Of a stretch of DNA of 64,000 bases, positions 26,161-39,039 are shown piece after piece. The notes beneath the pieces were generated by a model that saw only the letters and a program-made list of their open reading frames with translations, was not told the origin of the DNA and ran no database searches. This stretch comes from Octopus vulgaris (taxonomy: Eukaryota). Position numbers and translations under genes: made by a program. How positions within the stretch are numbered: the stretch's first letter is position 1; each line of letters opens with the position of its first letter. Location: contig OX597814.1 of the NCBI GenBank assembly GCA_951406725.2, forward strand, positions 75,950,001-76,014,000, given 5' to 3'.

Positions 26161-27152
26161 CATCATCATCGTTGTTTAACATCCGTTTTCCATGCTAGCA
26201 TGGGTTGGACGATTTTGACTGAGGGCTGGTGAACCAGATGGCTGCACCAGGCTCCAATCGTGATCTGTCAGAGTTTCTACAGCTGGATGCCCTTCGTAAC
26301 ACCAACCACTCCGAGAGTGTAGTGGGTGATTTTTACTTGCCACTGGCACGGGGGCCAGTCAGGTAGTACTGGCAATGACCTCACTCAAATCTTTTTACAC
26401 GTGCCAGTGAAGTGACGTTGGTAATGATCATGCTTGAATGGTGCCCTTTTATGTGCCACTGGCACGGAAACCGGTTAGCCGCTCTGTCAATGATCACACT
26501 CGTATCACACTCGCTAGCACGGATGCCAGTCATCGAATTGATTTTGATTTTGATTTCACTTGCCTCAACAGGTCTTCACAAGCAGAGTTTAGTGTCCAAT
26601 GAAGGAAAGATATGCATAAGTGGGCTGGTTACACCCCTGGCATAGGCCACGAGGTTATGGTCTCATTTGGCTTGCCGGGTCTTCTCAAGCACAGCATATT
26701 TCCAAAAGTCTCGGCCGCTAGTCATTTCCTTGGTGAGGCCTAATGTTCGAAGGTTGTGCTTCACCACTTCATCCCAGGTCTTCCTGGGTCTACCTCTTCC
26801 ACAGGTTCCCTTAACCGCTAGGGTGTGGTACTTTTTCACACAGCTATCCTCATCCATTCTTGCCACATGACCATACCAGCACAGTCGTCTCTCTTGCACA
26901 CCACATTTGATGCTTCTTAGGTCCAACTTTTCTCTCAGGGTACTAACACTCTGTTGAGTATGCACACTGACATTACACATCCATCGGATCATGCTGGCTT
27001 CATTCCTTGTGAGCTTACGCATGTCCTCAGCAGTCACAGCCCATATTTCACTGCCGTGTAGCATGGGTGTTTGTACACATGCATCATACAGTCTGCCTTT
27101 TACTCTGAGCGAGAGGCCCTTTGTCACCAGCAGAGGTAAGAGCTCTCTGAAC
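26161..27152 (-). mobile_element. 5'-truncated RTE LINE with 3' UTR and Meta-like/(GAT)n module
   Basis: ORF 26663-27152 (FRELLPLLVTKGLSLRVKGRLYDAC...GRGRPRKTW) is highly similar to the ORF ending at 58205. Confidence 0.93.
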
Positions 27153-27164
27153 ATTTTTCCATTA

Positions 27165-27372
27165 TAAAGTGGTGAGCTGGCAGAATCATTAGAATGCTGG
27201 GCAAAATGCTCAGCAGTATTTCATCTGTCTACATGTTCTGGGTTCAAAGTCAACTTTGCCTTTTGTCCTTTCTGGATCCATAAAATAAGTACCAGTTGAG
27301 TACTAGGGTTGATGTGATTAACTTACCCCCTCCTCGAAATTACTGGCCTTGTGCCAAAATTTGAAATCAATA
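27165..27372 (+). mobile_element. Deu/Nin-like SINE
   Basis: Head aaagtggtgagctggcagaatc, B box and central domain. Confidence 0.85.
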
Positions 27373-27472
27373 TGTTTTTATTATTTATCACACCTAATAC
27401 AAATACATGTGTACTTACATACATACCCACACATCCCCACATATGCAGTATATATATAGTTATATATATATA

Positions 27473-27690
27473 TTTTACTTGTTTCTGTCATTAGATTGCA
27501 GTTATGCTGGAACACCATCTTCAAGGGTTTTTAGTTCAACAGATTGGCCCCATTAAATCTAGTATTAATTCTATCAGTTTTGCTGAACCACTAAGTTATG
27601 GAAATGTTGACAAATCAACACCAGTTGTCAAATGGTGGTGATGGGTGGTGGGGGCACACACATAAGGATATAAATACACACACACACATA
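27473..27690 (-). mobile_element. 3' part of the CORE-like SINE family
   Basis: Reverse complement resembles the 56560-56735 tail (tgttccagcat..actgcaatctaatgacagaaacaagtaaa). Similar partials at 35310-35500 and 62283-62492. Confidence 0.65.
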
Positions 27691-28239
27691 TATAGGCCAG
27701 TTGACATTGCCATAGTGGGAAACTATTCTCTCTCCCAAGCACTGCCATAGCAACTGCATTGTTTCTTTTGTGGTATGAGCAGTTATCCCATCTAACTGGA
27801 ACTATGTGTGAAGTCTAATTTGAATGGCCTTCATTCTCCCCAGACTTGACTAGCTCAGAAAGTTTTGGAAAGACCATGGGCATGCGAAGCTGAAAATGAC
27901 TACTATTTAAGCGATGTCATTTTTCATATGTGATGTAGTGGTGTTGCAAACTTTTAGGCCTATTAATTTCAATTATGTCCTTTATATTGTATCAAAATTT
28001 CATTCATTTATTTGTAAAGTTAAGAAAGTTATTAAAAATTGAAACCCATCAGTGACTTTTAGGACACCCTGAATATATACATACATACCTATATACATGT
28101 ATAAACACACACATATATATATATACAAGTGAGTGGACAAATGAACTAATGAAAGAAAAGGGCACTCAACACATTTAGTAGGCATTACATGCATTATTAT
28201 TTAAAGTAGGCCTCAAAATCACTGTTACTACTTTTTATA

Positions 28240-29560
28240 TTAAATACACTGAGATCATGATGTTGGTTTACACCGAGATGATGGGTTGGGAATATTGCAT
28301 ATTCTCAATAAATTTAGGAAAAACCTCATTGATACCTTCAGTCAATTAGGCCTCAAGATCACTGTTTACAAACTGCCAAAGTCAAACTTTCAGATGTTGC
28401 CCTTGATTTAAATTCCTGCTCTGACAAAAATATTGAGAAACTCTCCTATATACACAAACAGTCTTATCACCCTTAGAGTGTTTAAAAATCTGATAGTTAA
28501 CATTAGTAATAGGATATCTAATTTCTCTTCTAAGGAAATATTTGATAAAGCAAACTCATACTATAACAATGCCCCAGCTAACAGTGACTTTAAAGACAAA
28601 ATATATTACAACCCTTCAAGTAAAAGTAAGTATCATAAAGACAGGCCAGCATGGCTCTCCCCCATCCTCACCCACATTTTCTCCCTAAATGTTAAAACTA
28701 ATGTAGCTAAGAAATTCCTATCTCTTTTAGATAAGCATTTCTCAGTAAACTACAACTACAGGAAGATTTTTAACAGACACTTAATTAAAGCATCACACAT
28801 CCGCTGTCCTAATTTGTAGAACATTATCATTCATGAGCATCACCATTGTATATGAAGTAGAAGTAACAGCAACACTTCAAGATCACTTAACCAAAATGAA
28901 AAATTACATCAAATTATGTGAAAGTGATTTCAAATGACATTATGCAAACCATCTATCTTCTTTCTGGCACATCAGCCAAAGTAAAACCACTAAGTTAGCA
29001 AGCCACATATGGAATTTGAAAACCAACTGCACACCATATGCACTCATGTGAAGAATCATAGAGACAGCCATGCCATATGTCAATGGGTCTAAGAAATGCA
29101 ATTTATGTGTAACCGAAAGATCACATTCTTTTTAGATTTAAGAATTCCAACACACTGCTTAATTCCAGATCCAAAATTTTTAGAAAATGCAAAGATATGG
29201 ACAAATTTCTTTTGGCAAACTGGGGGACACTATCCTCTCTGGGTTGAGGAGCTGTCTCACAGACTTTGGACCCCTCTCTAGTGAATTATTCGACAACTAG
29301 CTCAATTATAGATTTATAGTAAAAGGAGACATAACTCTAATTTTCTTTATCTGTTTTTATTCACCTTTAAACTTTTTGCACTTACCTTCTCGTTTTTCTC
29401 ATGATTTCTCTTGCACCAGCATCCTGTTTTGAAAATTAAATAGACCATATGCTCAGAGCCTGACAACTGCTTGGAGACATTAGCTATGTTATAAAAACCT
29501 GCCTAGGCCCACATCTCCAAGCAAAAAACTATTAGTAGCATGTATCTTTATACTGTGCAC
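28240..29560 (+). mobile_element. Decayed Penelope-like element (RT plus GIY-YIG endonuclease)
   Basis: GLHRDDGLG, NISNRISNFSS.EIFDKA..YNNA, FSLNVKTNVAKKFLSLLDKHF, IVY..NYIKLCESDFK*HYANH, TKLASHIWNLK and KKCNLC. Confidence 0.9.
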
Positions 29561-30639
29561 ATTAAATAGCATTTTTCTCTCATAGGATGGAGTACTTTTT
29601 TGCTGATTCTATCTGTATTGGACACACACACACATACATGCATGTATATATGTATGTATAGATGTATGAGTATATATATATATATATACTCATACATCTA
29701 TACATACATATATACATGCATGTATACATACATGCATACGTACATACATACATACATACATATGCACCTTCCATTTTTTAAGGTGATTTTTTTAAAAATA
29801 TGTAAAAGTGCTCATGTTTATTGTTAAAACAGCAAAGTACATTATCTTCCTTCACCAATGATTACTGCTGGTTTCAACATGAAATAAATTACTTAAAACC
29901 TGGTGATGTGTTAAACACACATCTACACACATAAACACACATCTACACACACCTGTACATTCACTTACACATGTAGATATATACATGTGCAAATACACCT
30001 AAAGACATAGACACCAGCCCTTGCAATGTATGTGTATATGCATACAGTTTGATAATGCTCAAATAATGTGGATATTCATGCAGTTTAATAATGCTCAAAA
30101 CAGCAAACAGACAATTATGGTACTGAGAATCCTTTTTCTTTCATTTTTTTTCTTTTAATATTCTTTTCTGCTTTACAACAAAAAACAATAACAAGTTTTC
30201 TGAATGTTGACAACAAAGGAAAAGCAATTATAGTTGTCTTAACAATTGTCATTATTATTGTTGCTGCAACTGATGTTGTTGTTGTTTGTGTCTATGTTTT
30301 GTTTCATGTCCTTTCTTATTGCCTACCATTCTTACAGTTTGCTTTAAGACCAACTAAACTAATTGTGGACACAAATAAAAAAAGAACCAGAATGTATCAA
30401 CACATGAGCATCTTGTTTTTAAACATTTTATTTTATCATTATTTAAAATCAGAAATACATTTGTGGAATATAATATTAAATGAAACAAGAATATCTGTTT
30501 GGTAATGGAGATGGTAAAAAGAAGCAGAGATGGGTGGGGGAAGTATGAGAACTATTTCCAAAACCAGAGGAAGTGAGACATTAATATGGGAATAGGCGAA
30601 CATTTCATTGCAAAAATTATCAACAATAAATGTGCATGT

Positions 30640-30809
30640 GAGTGTGTACACATACGTACATATATACAAACAGACACACAGACACATGCACACACATGCA
30701 TACACATACACATACATATACAGCGTGTGTGTGTGTGCATGCATGTGTGTGGAGAAACAGATAAATAGATAGATAGATAGATAGATAGATAGATGATAGA
30801 TATATAGAT

Positions 30810-30842
<33 letters not shown>

Positions 30843-30879
30843 CAGACAGACTGACAGACAGACACACAGACAGACAGAC

Positions 30880-30950
<71 letters not shown>

Positions 30951-30995
30951 AAAAGAGAGGGACAGAAAGACACACTAACAGACAGACAGATAGAC
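30640..30995. repeat. Compound (CA)/(GATA)/(GACA) microsatellite
   Basis: Direct reading. Confidence 0.95.
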
Positions 30996-31480
30996 AACAA
31001 AAATCATATGGGAAAGAAAAGCTGCATTCATTGGGAATCATAAATGTAAGAAAAGGCTACAAATGATAAAAAGCACATGTCAAGCATTAATAATGAAGAA
31101 AATAATTTAGAATTAAGTCCTCATCAGCTGTCTCATTATATATTATAGTAGTTTCAATGGCTCAGACAGAACTGCATCTCCTAGGGTATCAACAACAGTT
31201 GGACAGAGTTAGGCAAGAGATATAGGGAAGATGAGAGATCAAAGGAAAGAAAACAAGTAGTTGAGCAACAGTGACTAGGACTGAAAAAACACAAAGACAG
31301 ATTTATGATTTATGATTTATAATTTAAACTGATGACTTCGAGTAAAGAAAAACACAGTTCTATTTATTATAAAATTAAACAAAATAAAATATATCTCCAG
31401 TAACAGAGGCTGTGTATAAATGTAAGAACTTTTGGCTTATTTATATAGATGAGTTGTGCAGCTGACAGTAGTTAAGAAAC

Positions 31481-31511
<31 letters not shown>

Positions 31512-31513
<2 letters not shown>

Positions 31514-31674
31514 ATTCCACCGAGGTCGACTTGGCCTTTCATCCTTTGTGGGGTCAATGAATTAAGTACCCCTTTCAGGATGGATAAATTAAGTACCAGT
31601 GAAACACTAGGGGTCGATGTAATCAACTAATCTCCTCCCACAAAATTTCAAACCTTGTGCCTTTAGCAGAGAGG

Positions 31675-31706
<32 letters not shown>
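31512..31706 (+). mobile_element. 5'-truncated Deu/Nin-like SINE with internal duplication, in (TTA)n
   Basis: aattaagtacc segment occurs twice; (TTA)n on both sides. Confidence 0.8.
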
Positions 31707-31707
<1 letters not shown>

Positions 31708-33182
31708 TCCTTCTATCTTCAAATTTTCTTCCATTTCTCGCCGAGTGTTTTCCGTCCACCTAGGGCAGAGAAGATCATTGTATGCATTCTCAGATTACAC
31801 ATGCAAGTTCACAGATAAAATATGTATTTAAAATAATTAATAAACAAATAAATTCATGAATGGATGTTGTTTTCACAGCGATAATGCTCTTCTCAGTACA
31901 TGAGTCGTTCCAGTTAACACGATTTTTTGCACTTCCTGTAGGGATGGTAAGACTGGTATCATTTTCAAATAGGTTTCAGTACCTTTTTTTTTTTATCATT
32001 CCTACTGATCCTACAATCACTGGTACTGTAGTTGCCTTGAGATGCCACATTTTTTCAATTTCTATTAGCAAGTCTTTATATTTACTGATCTTGTCAAATT
32101 CTTTTGCCACTATATTGTGATCGCAAGGAATACTCATGTCAATTAATAAATACACCTTTTTTGTCAGATCTTTTATAATAATATCTAGTTTGTTGGCTTT
32201 TATAGTTTTGTCAGTATGCACGGGGAAGTCCCAGAGAATTGACACATTTTCTCCCTCAGTCACAACTTCAGGATGGTGTTTATACCATTTGTCAGCGGTT
32301 TTGATTTTATAATGCCAACATATTGTCCAGTGTAAATACTGGCCGACTCTGTCATGTCTTGCTTTATATTCTACAGGTGCTAAGACTCTGCACCCAGAGA
32401 TTAAGTGGTCTATAGTTTCAATCTCATTGTTACAGAATTGGCATTTTGGGTCAGCTCCATTTTTTATCACATTGGTTTGGTAGTTCCAGGTTAATAAGCT
32501 TTGGTCTTGAGCAGCTAATATGAAACCTTCACTCTCTGCTTTTAGTCCTGAGCTTCATAACCATTGATGCATGTTTCTGGTCGACATCAGCTTGTTTCCT
32601 ACGGGCCACATACTTGCCATGCAGAGGTTTCTGTTCCCATATGCTAGCTAATTTTTCATGTGCTTTTGTTTTTGCAATTAATTTTATTTTCTTTGCAGCA
32701 GCAGTTGGTGCATTTCCTTCAACCTAATCAGTCTGGTAGGTATCTAAGAGATCAATAGTGAATTTTTTGCTCTCTTTCAGAATAGCGTGAAGTTTTTTGG
32801 TTTTTTTTGTTTTTCAACAAGTTTTAGCATCCAATCGTTGGTTGTTTCAAGGTATTTGGCCAGTTCGATTGTGGTGGTTTTGTACGTAAGTTCAACCTCC
32901 CTGAACTCTGGGAAGGTAAAGATGATCTATGTCTGCCTTTGGATGGTGCATCCTATTACAAGTCAGTAGCTTGCAGATTTTTCTATCAATTTTTATTATT
33001 TCACTGGTATTCCAGTTAAGCACATTGAAGCTATAAAGAACAACTGGGACTGCTAAGGAATTTATGGCTAACACCTTATTATATGCATTCAGTTCAGACT
33101 TCAGGACTGCTCGAACACTTCTATAACATTCCTTCCTAACCTTCTCTTTCATGCTTGCATGCTGGATACCAAAGCCTTCTTC

Positions 33183-33187
<5 letters not shown>
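31707..33187 (-). mobile_element. R4/Dong-like RLE LINE copy D (relative of copy C), decayed
   Basis: MKEKVRKECYRSVRAVLKSELN, HHPKADIDHLY, CQFCNNEIETIDHLISGC, RHD and IDMSIPCD..KEFDKISKY. (TTA)n at both ends (33187-33278). Confidence 0.93.
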
Positions 33188-33261
<74 letters not shown>

Positions 33262-33444
33262 TATTATTATTATTATTATATCTATCAATTATTTAGTAAT
33301 TATTTGTAATGATTCTAAGAAGTAGTAATGTCTTTGTACTCCATTCTAGAAGCTTTGTTCTTACTAGTGACAATTGTATGGATGGAGAAATTTAAAGGAT
33401 TCCTTTGGTACAGTGGTATAAATGAGACAAAGAGGTGGAATTCT

Positions 33445-33489
<45 letters not shown>

Positions 33490-33989
33490 CAGTCAAATTA
33501 CTGTAACAACTAAAAGAATAAAAGAATATATTTATATGTACACAGAGTTGTCTGTCTTGAAAAACCATACCACTTCCCCTTTAATTTTCCCTGTTGTTTG
33601 TACTATGTGTGAGTTTGTTCTATTAACATATAAATATCTACATATTCATACTTGAATATTGATTGTCTGAAAATTTTCAGTCTTTGCTTTCTTTCATGTA
33701 TATGTATTTTGCATATCAAACCCAAGCTGTTCCGTTTGTTTATTCACATAATTGTCTCCATATCTGCTCACCTGGATTCCTTTTATAGCCACTCTTCACC
33801 CAACAGACTTGGTCCCTCCTAATGATGTTAGAGTCTGAGTTTGAATCATTTTGAGTGCTACTACATGTTTTCTGTATCAAGAATCTCTGAATCTCGTCTG
33901 TTGACTCTCTCTCTCTCTCTTTCATTTCTCCCTCTCTCTTTCACTCCTCTCTCTCTCTCTCACTATATCATCATCATCATCATACTATG

Positions 33990-35010
33990 TGGTACAGCTT
34001 CAACAAGAAGAATCGAATAGAACAGCACTTGACCAGCTAAGAGAGTAAAAATAATGGTATTTATGATGAGGCAAAATTCCGCAAAAAACATAATAAATGG
34101 TTTGCAGTCAAACTTGCAAAGACAAAACTTTTAGTGCTATCTGGGAAGATGTTTGATATACAGAAAAGGAATATATAAGAAATGTATAGTGGGCAACCAA
34201 TGCATACTATGACTGCACAAAAGGTGCCGTGGGATACTTGATGGCAGATTCTATTAACTGTTAACAAATGAGTTGTTGAGGTGAATCTTGTAACAATATA
34301 ATGGTTTCCAATTTTGACGCAAAGTCAGCAAGTTCGGAGTAGAGTGTAAGTCAAATAACATTGACCCCAGTGCTCAATTGGTACTATTTTATCAACCCCA
34401 AAAGGATGAAAGGCATCAGTGGAATTTGAACTCAGAATGTAAAGATGGATGAAATGCCCGGCATGGAAATGATTCTGCCAGATTATAAAATAATGAAAGG
34501 CAAATTTCACATTGGAAAGAATTGAACTCAGAACATAAAGAGTTAAGAGAAATCACAAAGCATTTTGCCTGATACCCAACGTTTACGCCAATTCCCCAAC
34601 CTTGTTGTGACAATATAATTGCCAGTGTAATAGCAGAGAAATTTCAGAAAACTGTTACCTTTACTGTCAACAAGGGGATTCTTTCTCTAATTGAAGGGTA
34701 AATTCAAACATGCATGACAATTTTATGTGAGAATTTGCAGAGACTGGAAAAAATGTGGTTAAGATTTTCTGCTAGATGGGTAATGTAAGTGTTCATGAAC
34801 AATAGAACACAAATGAGCTGAGAGAAAAACTAGCTCTGTAGAGGAGTGAATTACATTGTGCAAGAGAATAGGTTGTTCTATTACAAACATGTGATTTTAT
34901 GGCAGTTGAGTAAAGAAGTGCCAAGAGATCCAAATGGGAAAAAAATTAGCAGAAGATGAATGAAGATATGGTGCAGTCTAATCTCAGGATTGTGGACTTA
35001 TGAAGGTGGT
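33990..35010 (+). mobile_element. Ancient RTE fragment interrupted by minus-strand Deu-like SINE(s) at ~34302-34600
   Basis: VKLAKTKLLV and FRKLLPLLSTRGFFL*LKGK are homologous to VNLAKTKVLI and FRELLPLLVTKGLSLRVKGR of the 57309 ORF. Confidence 0.65.
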
Positions 35011-35554
35011 GAGGTATTCTGGAGTAGTACTGTCCAACTCATATTAGCAGCATACAAATATAGTTGTATTGGAAAGCTAAAACTATTTTGTTATATAGAA
35101 TTTAATTATTTTTATGGAGCTATACATGTGCACACGCATGTGTACATGCAGGCGTGTGTGTGTGTGGATATGTATAAATTTAAGCTGAATAGCTGAAAAT
35201 GTCATTGTTTTGAGTTTTCTTCTACTGCTCACTCATATGACAACTTGAGCAAAATGCTTATAAGACATCAATTTCTTTTAAATTTATGAACATATATATA
35301 TATATATATATTCTTATATTAGTTTCAGTCATTTGACTGTGGCCATGCTGGAGCACCACATTGAAGGGTTCTAGTCAAATAAATCGACCCAAGGACTTCT
35401 ATTTTTTTTTTAAGCCTAGTACTTATTCTATCAGTTTCTTTTCATGAACCTTTGCTGAACCTACTGGGATGTAAATATGCCAACACTGGTTATCAAACAG
35501 TTTAACTCCCCTATCTTACTTTAAGGATCCCAATCATTTAATACTACATATATG

Positions 35555-36030
35555 GGCATATATAAGCAGATACATGTGTGTGTGTAAATGTGTGTGCATG
35601 TATTTTTATGTATGTATGTATATGTATGTGGGTATATGTATGTGTATATATATATATATAATATATATATACACACAAACACACACACATACATATATAT
35701 ATACACACATATGTGTGTGTATATATATATATGTGCATATATATGAGTGAGTGTATATGTATATATGTATACGTAAATACCTGTATGCATATGTGCGTGT
35801 GACTGTGTAAGCGCGTGTGTGCCTGCATGTATGTATGTGCGTTTGCATGTATTTATATATGTATGCACATGCATATGCATGTATGAATACATTTACACAT
35901 GCGCATGAGCATGCACAGGTATATATACATGTATGTGTATGTATATGCGTATGTATATATATGTATATATATGTATGCATGTGTATATGTGCACATGTAT
36001 ATGTATGTGTTTGTGTGTGTGCATACATAT
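35555..36030. repeat. Long degenerate (TA/TG/CA) purine-pyrimidine microsatellite
   Basis: Direct reading. Similar tracts at 14270-14432, 29625-29765, 48256-48560, 56745-56945 and 59330-59545. Confidence 0.95.
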
Positions 36031-36582
36031 GTCATTATACCTTCTTTCCTCCTCTCTGATTCCTACTTATCACACTAACCTATCACATACGTCTATTTAT
36101 AGAAATTTGACATCCTTGTATTCTTCCCTCCACTTTAAATTTTACTCCTAAAACTACTACTCACTTTGGTATCACCCCCACCTGTACCTTTTCTCTTCCC
36201 AACCCTTAATGCAGCCCTGCCATATCACCTCTACTCGCATATCTCACACTTATTCACTCCTTACCTTCTCATCTCTTCCTATCTACTCCTTCCCCACTCC
36301 TTTCCCATCCTTCCATCCTCCCATCCATCCACGGCTCCATACTTTGAAATGACTGAACATGAACTACTATTGGAACTTACATCCCATGTACAGGAAGCTT
36401 TTTTACCACTTCTATATTCAATACACCACTTTACTTGAATAATGGAACTGCAACTACAATATTTTATATTTTATTTCTACATTCGTTCTCTTATTTCTTT
36501 CTATATTCCCTATCTCCTCCTTTTCCATAATAATTCCTTATTTTGAACTCAAATATTTACCTCTATTTAACCATCTCACATT

Positions 36583-36630
36583 GTCCCTGATAAAGGGATA
36601 TCCATAATATCCCAGAAACAGCTGTAAGAC
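36583..36630 (+). ncRNA. Minimal type I hammerhead ribozyme (core variant CUGAUAA)
   Basis: GUCC-CUGAUAA-A GGGAUAU ccaua AUAUCCC A-GAAA-C AGCU-GUA-AGAC; palindromic helix III ACAGCUGU. Confidence 0.75.
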
Positions 36631-36716
36631 TATATCTATATCTTTTTCCTTATAAATGTCCTGAAAACTCCCCACAGCCTTGTCTTTGTTATCTCATTTT
36701 GTCTAATATATATATA

Positions 36717-37907
36717 CAAGGGGTTGGACAAAATAATGGAAATACCAAACATCATAGCATCATAATCTTGAAATATCTATAAAACCATCAAAAGCTTGTT
36801 TATTTTTATGTTTTTTGAATTATTATTAGAGTTGCTTAATACATTTTGCTAAAATTGCTGTTTCTTTTCAGATATCATCAGAAAACTAATTAAAATGACA
36901 GATCTATTGGACTTTCAAAGAGGTCAAATTATTGGTGCGCATATGGCAAGTGCTAGCGTAATGAAAACAGCCGAAATGTTTGGTGTGTCAAGAAGTATTG
37001 TCTTTGAAAGTAATTACAGCCTTTGAGAAAGAAGGAAAAACATCCTTGTTGAAACAAAACTCTGGAAGAAAACCAAAACTTTCAGATTGGACTCATGCGA
37101 ATTGTTAGAAAAGATCACAAAAGTACAGCTCCCAAAATTACTGCAGAGCTTAATGACAACCTCGAGAACTCAGTTCCCACAAAAACTGTTCACCAGGAGC
37201 TGCACAAAGCCGGATTTCATGGGAGGGCTACAATCAGTAAACCACTTCTTTCAAAAGCAAATGTTGCAAAGCATTTAGAGTGGATGAGTCATCCTTTACC
37301 TTATTTTCAACCAATAGTATACATGTGGAGACAGCCAAGAGAAGCATTTGATCCCGACTGCCTTCTCCCAACTGTTAAACATGGAGGAGGACCTATGATG
37401 ATCGGGGGGACTATATTTTGGAACTCCACTGGCCTAATGGTTTCCCTTCATGGTAGCATTAACAGTCAAGACTATTTAAGCATTTTACCTGATCAAATTC
37501 ATCCTATGGTTATGGAACTGTTTCTGGAGGGAAACGCAATCTTTCAGGATGATAATGCACCAATTGAAACAGCTAAAGTTGTTACTGAATGGCATGAGGA
37601 ACATTCTAGTGAAGTTGAACATTTCATCTGGCCACCACAGTCCCCAAATCTCAATATTATTGAACATTTGGGGTGCATTTTAGAAAAACAAGTAAGAAGT
37701 CGATATCCTCCACCATCATCACTACAAGAACTAGAGACTGTTTTAACTGAAGAATGGACGAAAATTCCTTTGGAAATAATTCAAACTTTGTACGAGTCCA
37801 TACCTCATGGAATTCAAGCTGTAATTACTGTCAAAGACGGTCCTACCGCATATTAAAATAAATTTGCTTGAATTTTAAGGTGTTTCCATTATTTTGTCCA
37901 ACCCCTG
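36717..37907 (+). mobile_element. Tc1-family transposon (DD36E spacing), 1191 bp
   Basis: TIRs caaggggttggacaaaataatggaaatacc / ggtgtttccattattttgtccaacccctg, inserted in (TA)n. Confidence 0.96.
36895..37856 (+). pseudogene. Tc1 transposase with frameshifts and deletions
   Basis: MTDLLDFQRGQIIGA, SGRKPKLS, out-of-frame DES, TVKHGGG, FQDDNAP and WPPQSPNLNIIEH. Confidence 0.93.
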
Positions 37908-38161
37908 TATATACATGCTAATACAAGACCAACATTAGATTCCTCACTCGTATCATTATCAAACCAAGTATTTAGCTACAGTCTTAATGTTAACTGCCAC
38001 TCTTTGGATCTTCTAGATACCAATACCTCTCATATCCCCACTATATATATATATATATATATATATATCTGATGAAGCCTTCTGGCTTCACAGACCCCAG
38101 TAGAACCGTCCAACCCATGCTAGCATGGAAAACGGACGCTAAACGATGATGATGATGATGA

Positions 38162-38204
<43 letters not shown>

Positions 38205-38231
38205 TTTGTATTATTATGTATAGAAGAATAT

Positions 38232-38455
38232 ATTAATTAATGAAATTCCAATTTAGTCTGATTTTTATGTTTTATTATTTGCAATTTTTTACAGTTTTAC
38301 AATATTGAAATGAACTAGCACAACAGTTATCAATTGTGAAACACAACTGCCATTACATAAACCTGATAAAGTACTAGTTTATTTCAATATTGTAAAATTG
38401 TAAAATTGTAAAAATTGCAAATAACAAAATGTAAGTTGGAATTTCATTTATTAAT
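38232..38455. repeat. AT-rich foldback inverted repeat (MITE-like)
   Basis: Arms 38232-38318 and 38374-38455 are reverse complementary with indels. Confidence 0.7.
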
Positions 38456-38461
38456 GTGCAT

Positions 38462-38540
<79 letters not shown>

Positions 38541-39039
38541 TATGTGTGTGGGTGTGAGTGTGTGTACGCATAGTCTGTGATTTGAAAGAGACTGGACTGC
38601 TATTTCTAGTACATCTAGTTTAAATATGCCACCTTAAAAAGGGCATATTTTCTACCAATATTAGCTTTATATATGGGATTAAATAGCGCATGTATGTACT
38701 GGGAAAAAGAAAGAGTAGAGAAAGGGAGAGAGGGAAGAAAAAGACTGTTAGAGATTTCACTAAAGTAATTGCACTTTTGCTTGTTTGAAAAAGCATTACA
38801 TTGCCACATTAAACCTCCACAATTGTTTTTTGGTTACTGTTTGTGGTTACAGGAGGGTTGGAGGAGGGGAAAAAATGAAAGGGATTTTTATTTTGCTTTA
38901 TCATTTTCTAAATTAAAAATGAAATTTAAAATAAATCTCAATCATGGTGGATATTTGTTTTTAAATAACACCTTGAAATCTTCTGAATTTTCATCTGGTC
39001 TACACCGCAGGATATCATTCCTAAAACTGATGGACATTG

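Larger units (their letters stand above)
36045..38040 (+). mobile_element. Non-coding hammerhead-bearing repeat (PLE pLTR-like), copy 1, split by the Tc1 insertion
   Basis: Near-identical to 47340-48256 over several hundred bp. Homology resumes after the Tc1 at catgctaatacaaga. Confidence 0.8.

Noticed and set aside
38069-38110. CTGATGA followed by a hairpin as a hammerhead
   Set aside because: No GAAA or cleavage triplet; it is the tail of the Meta-like module.
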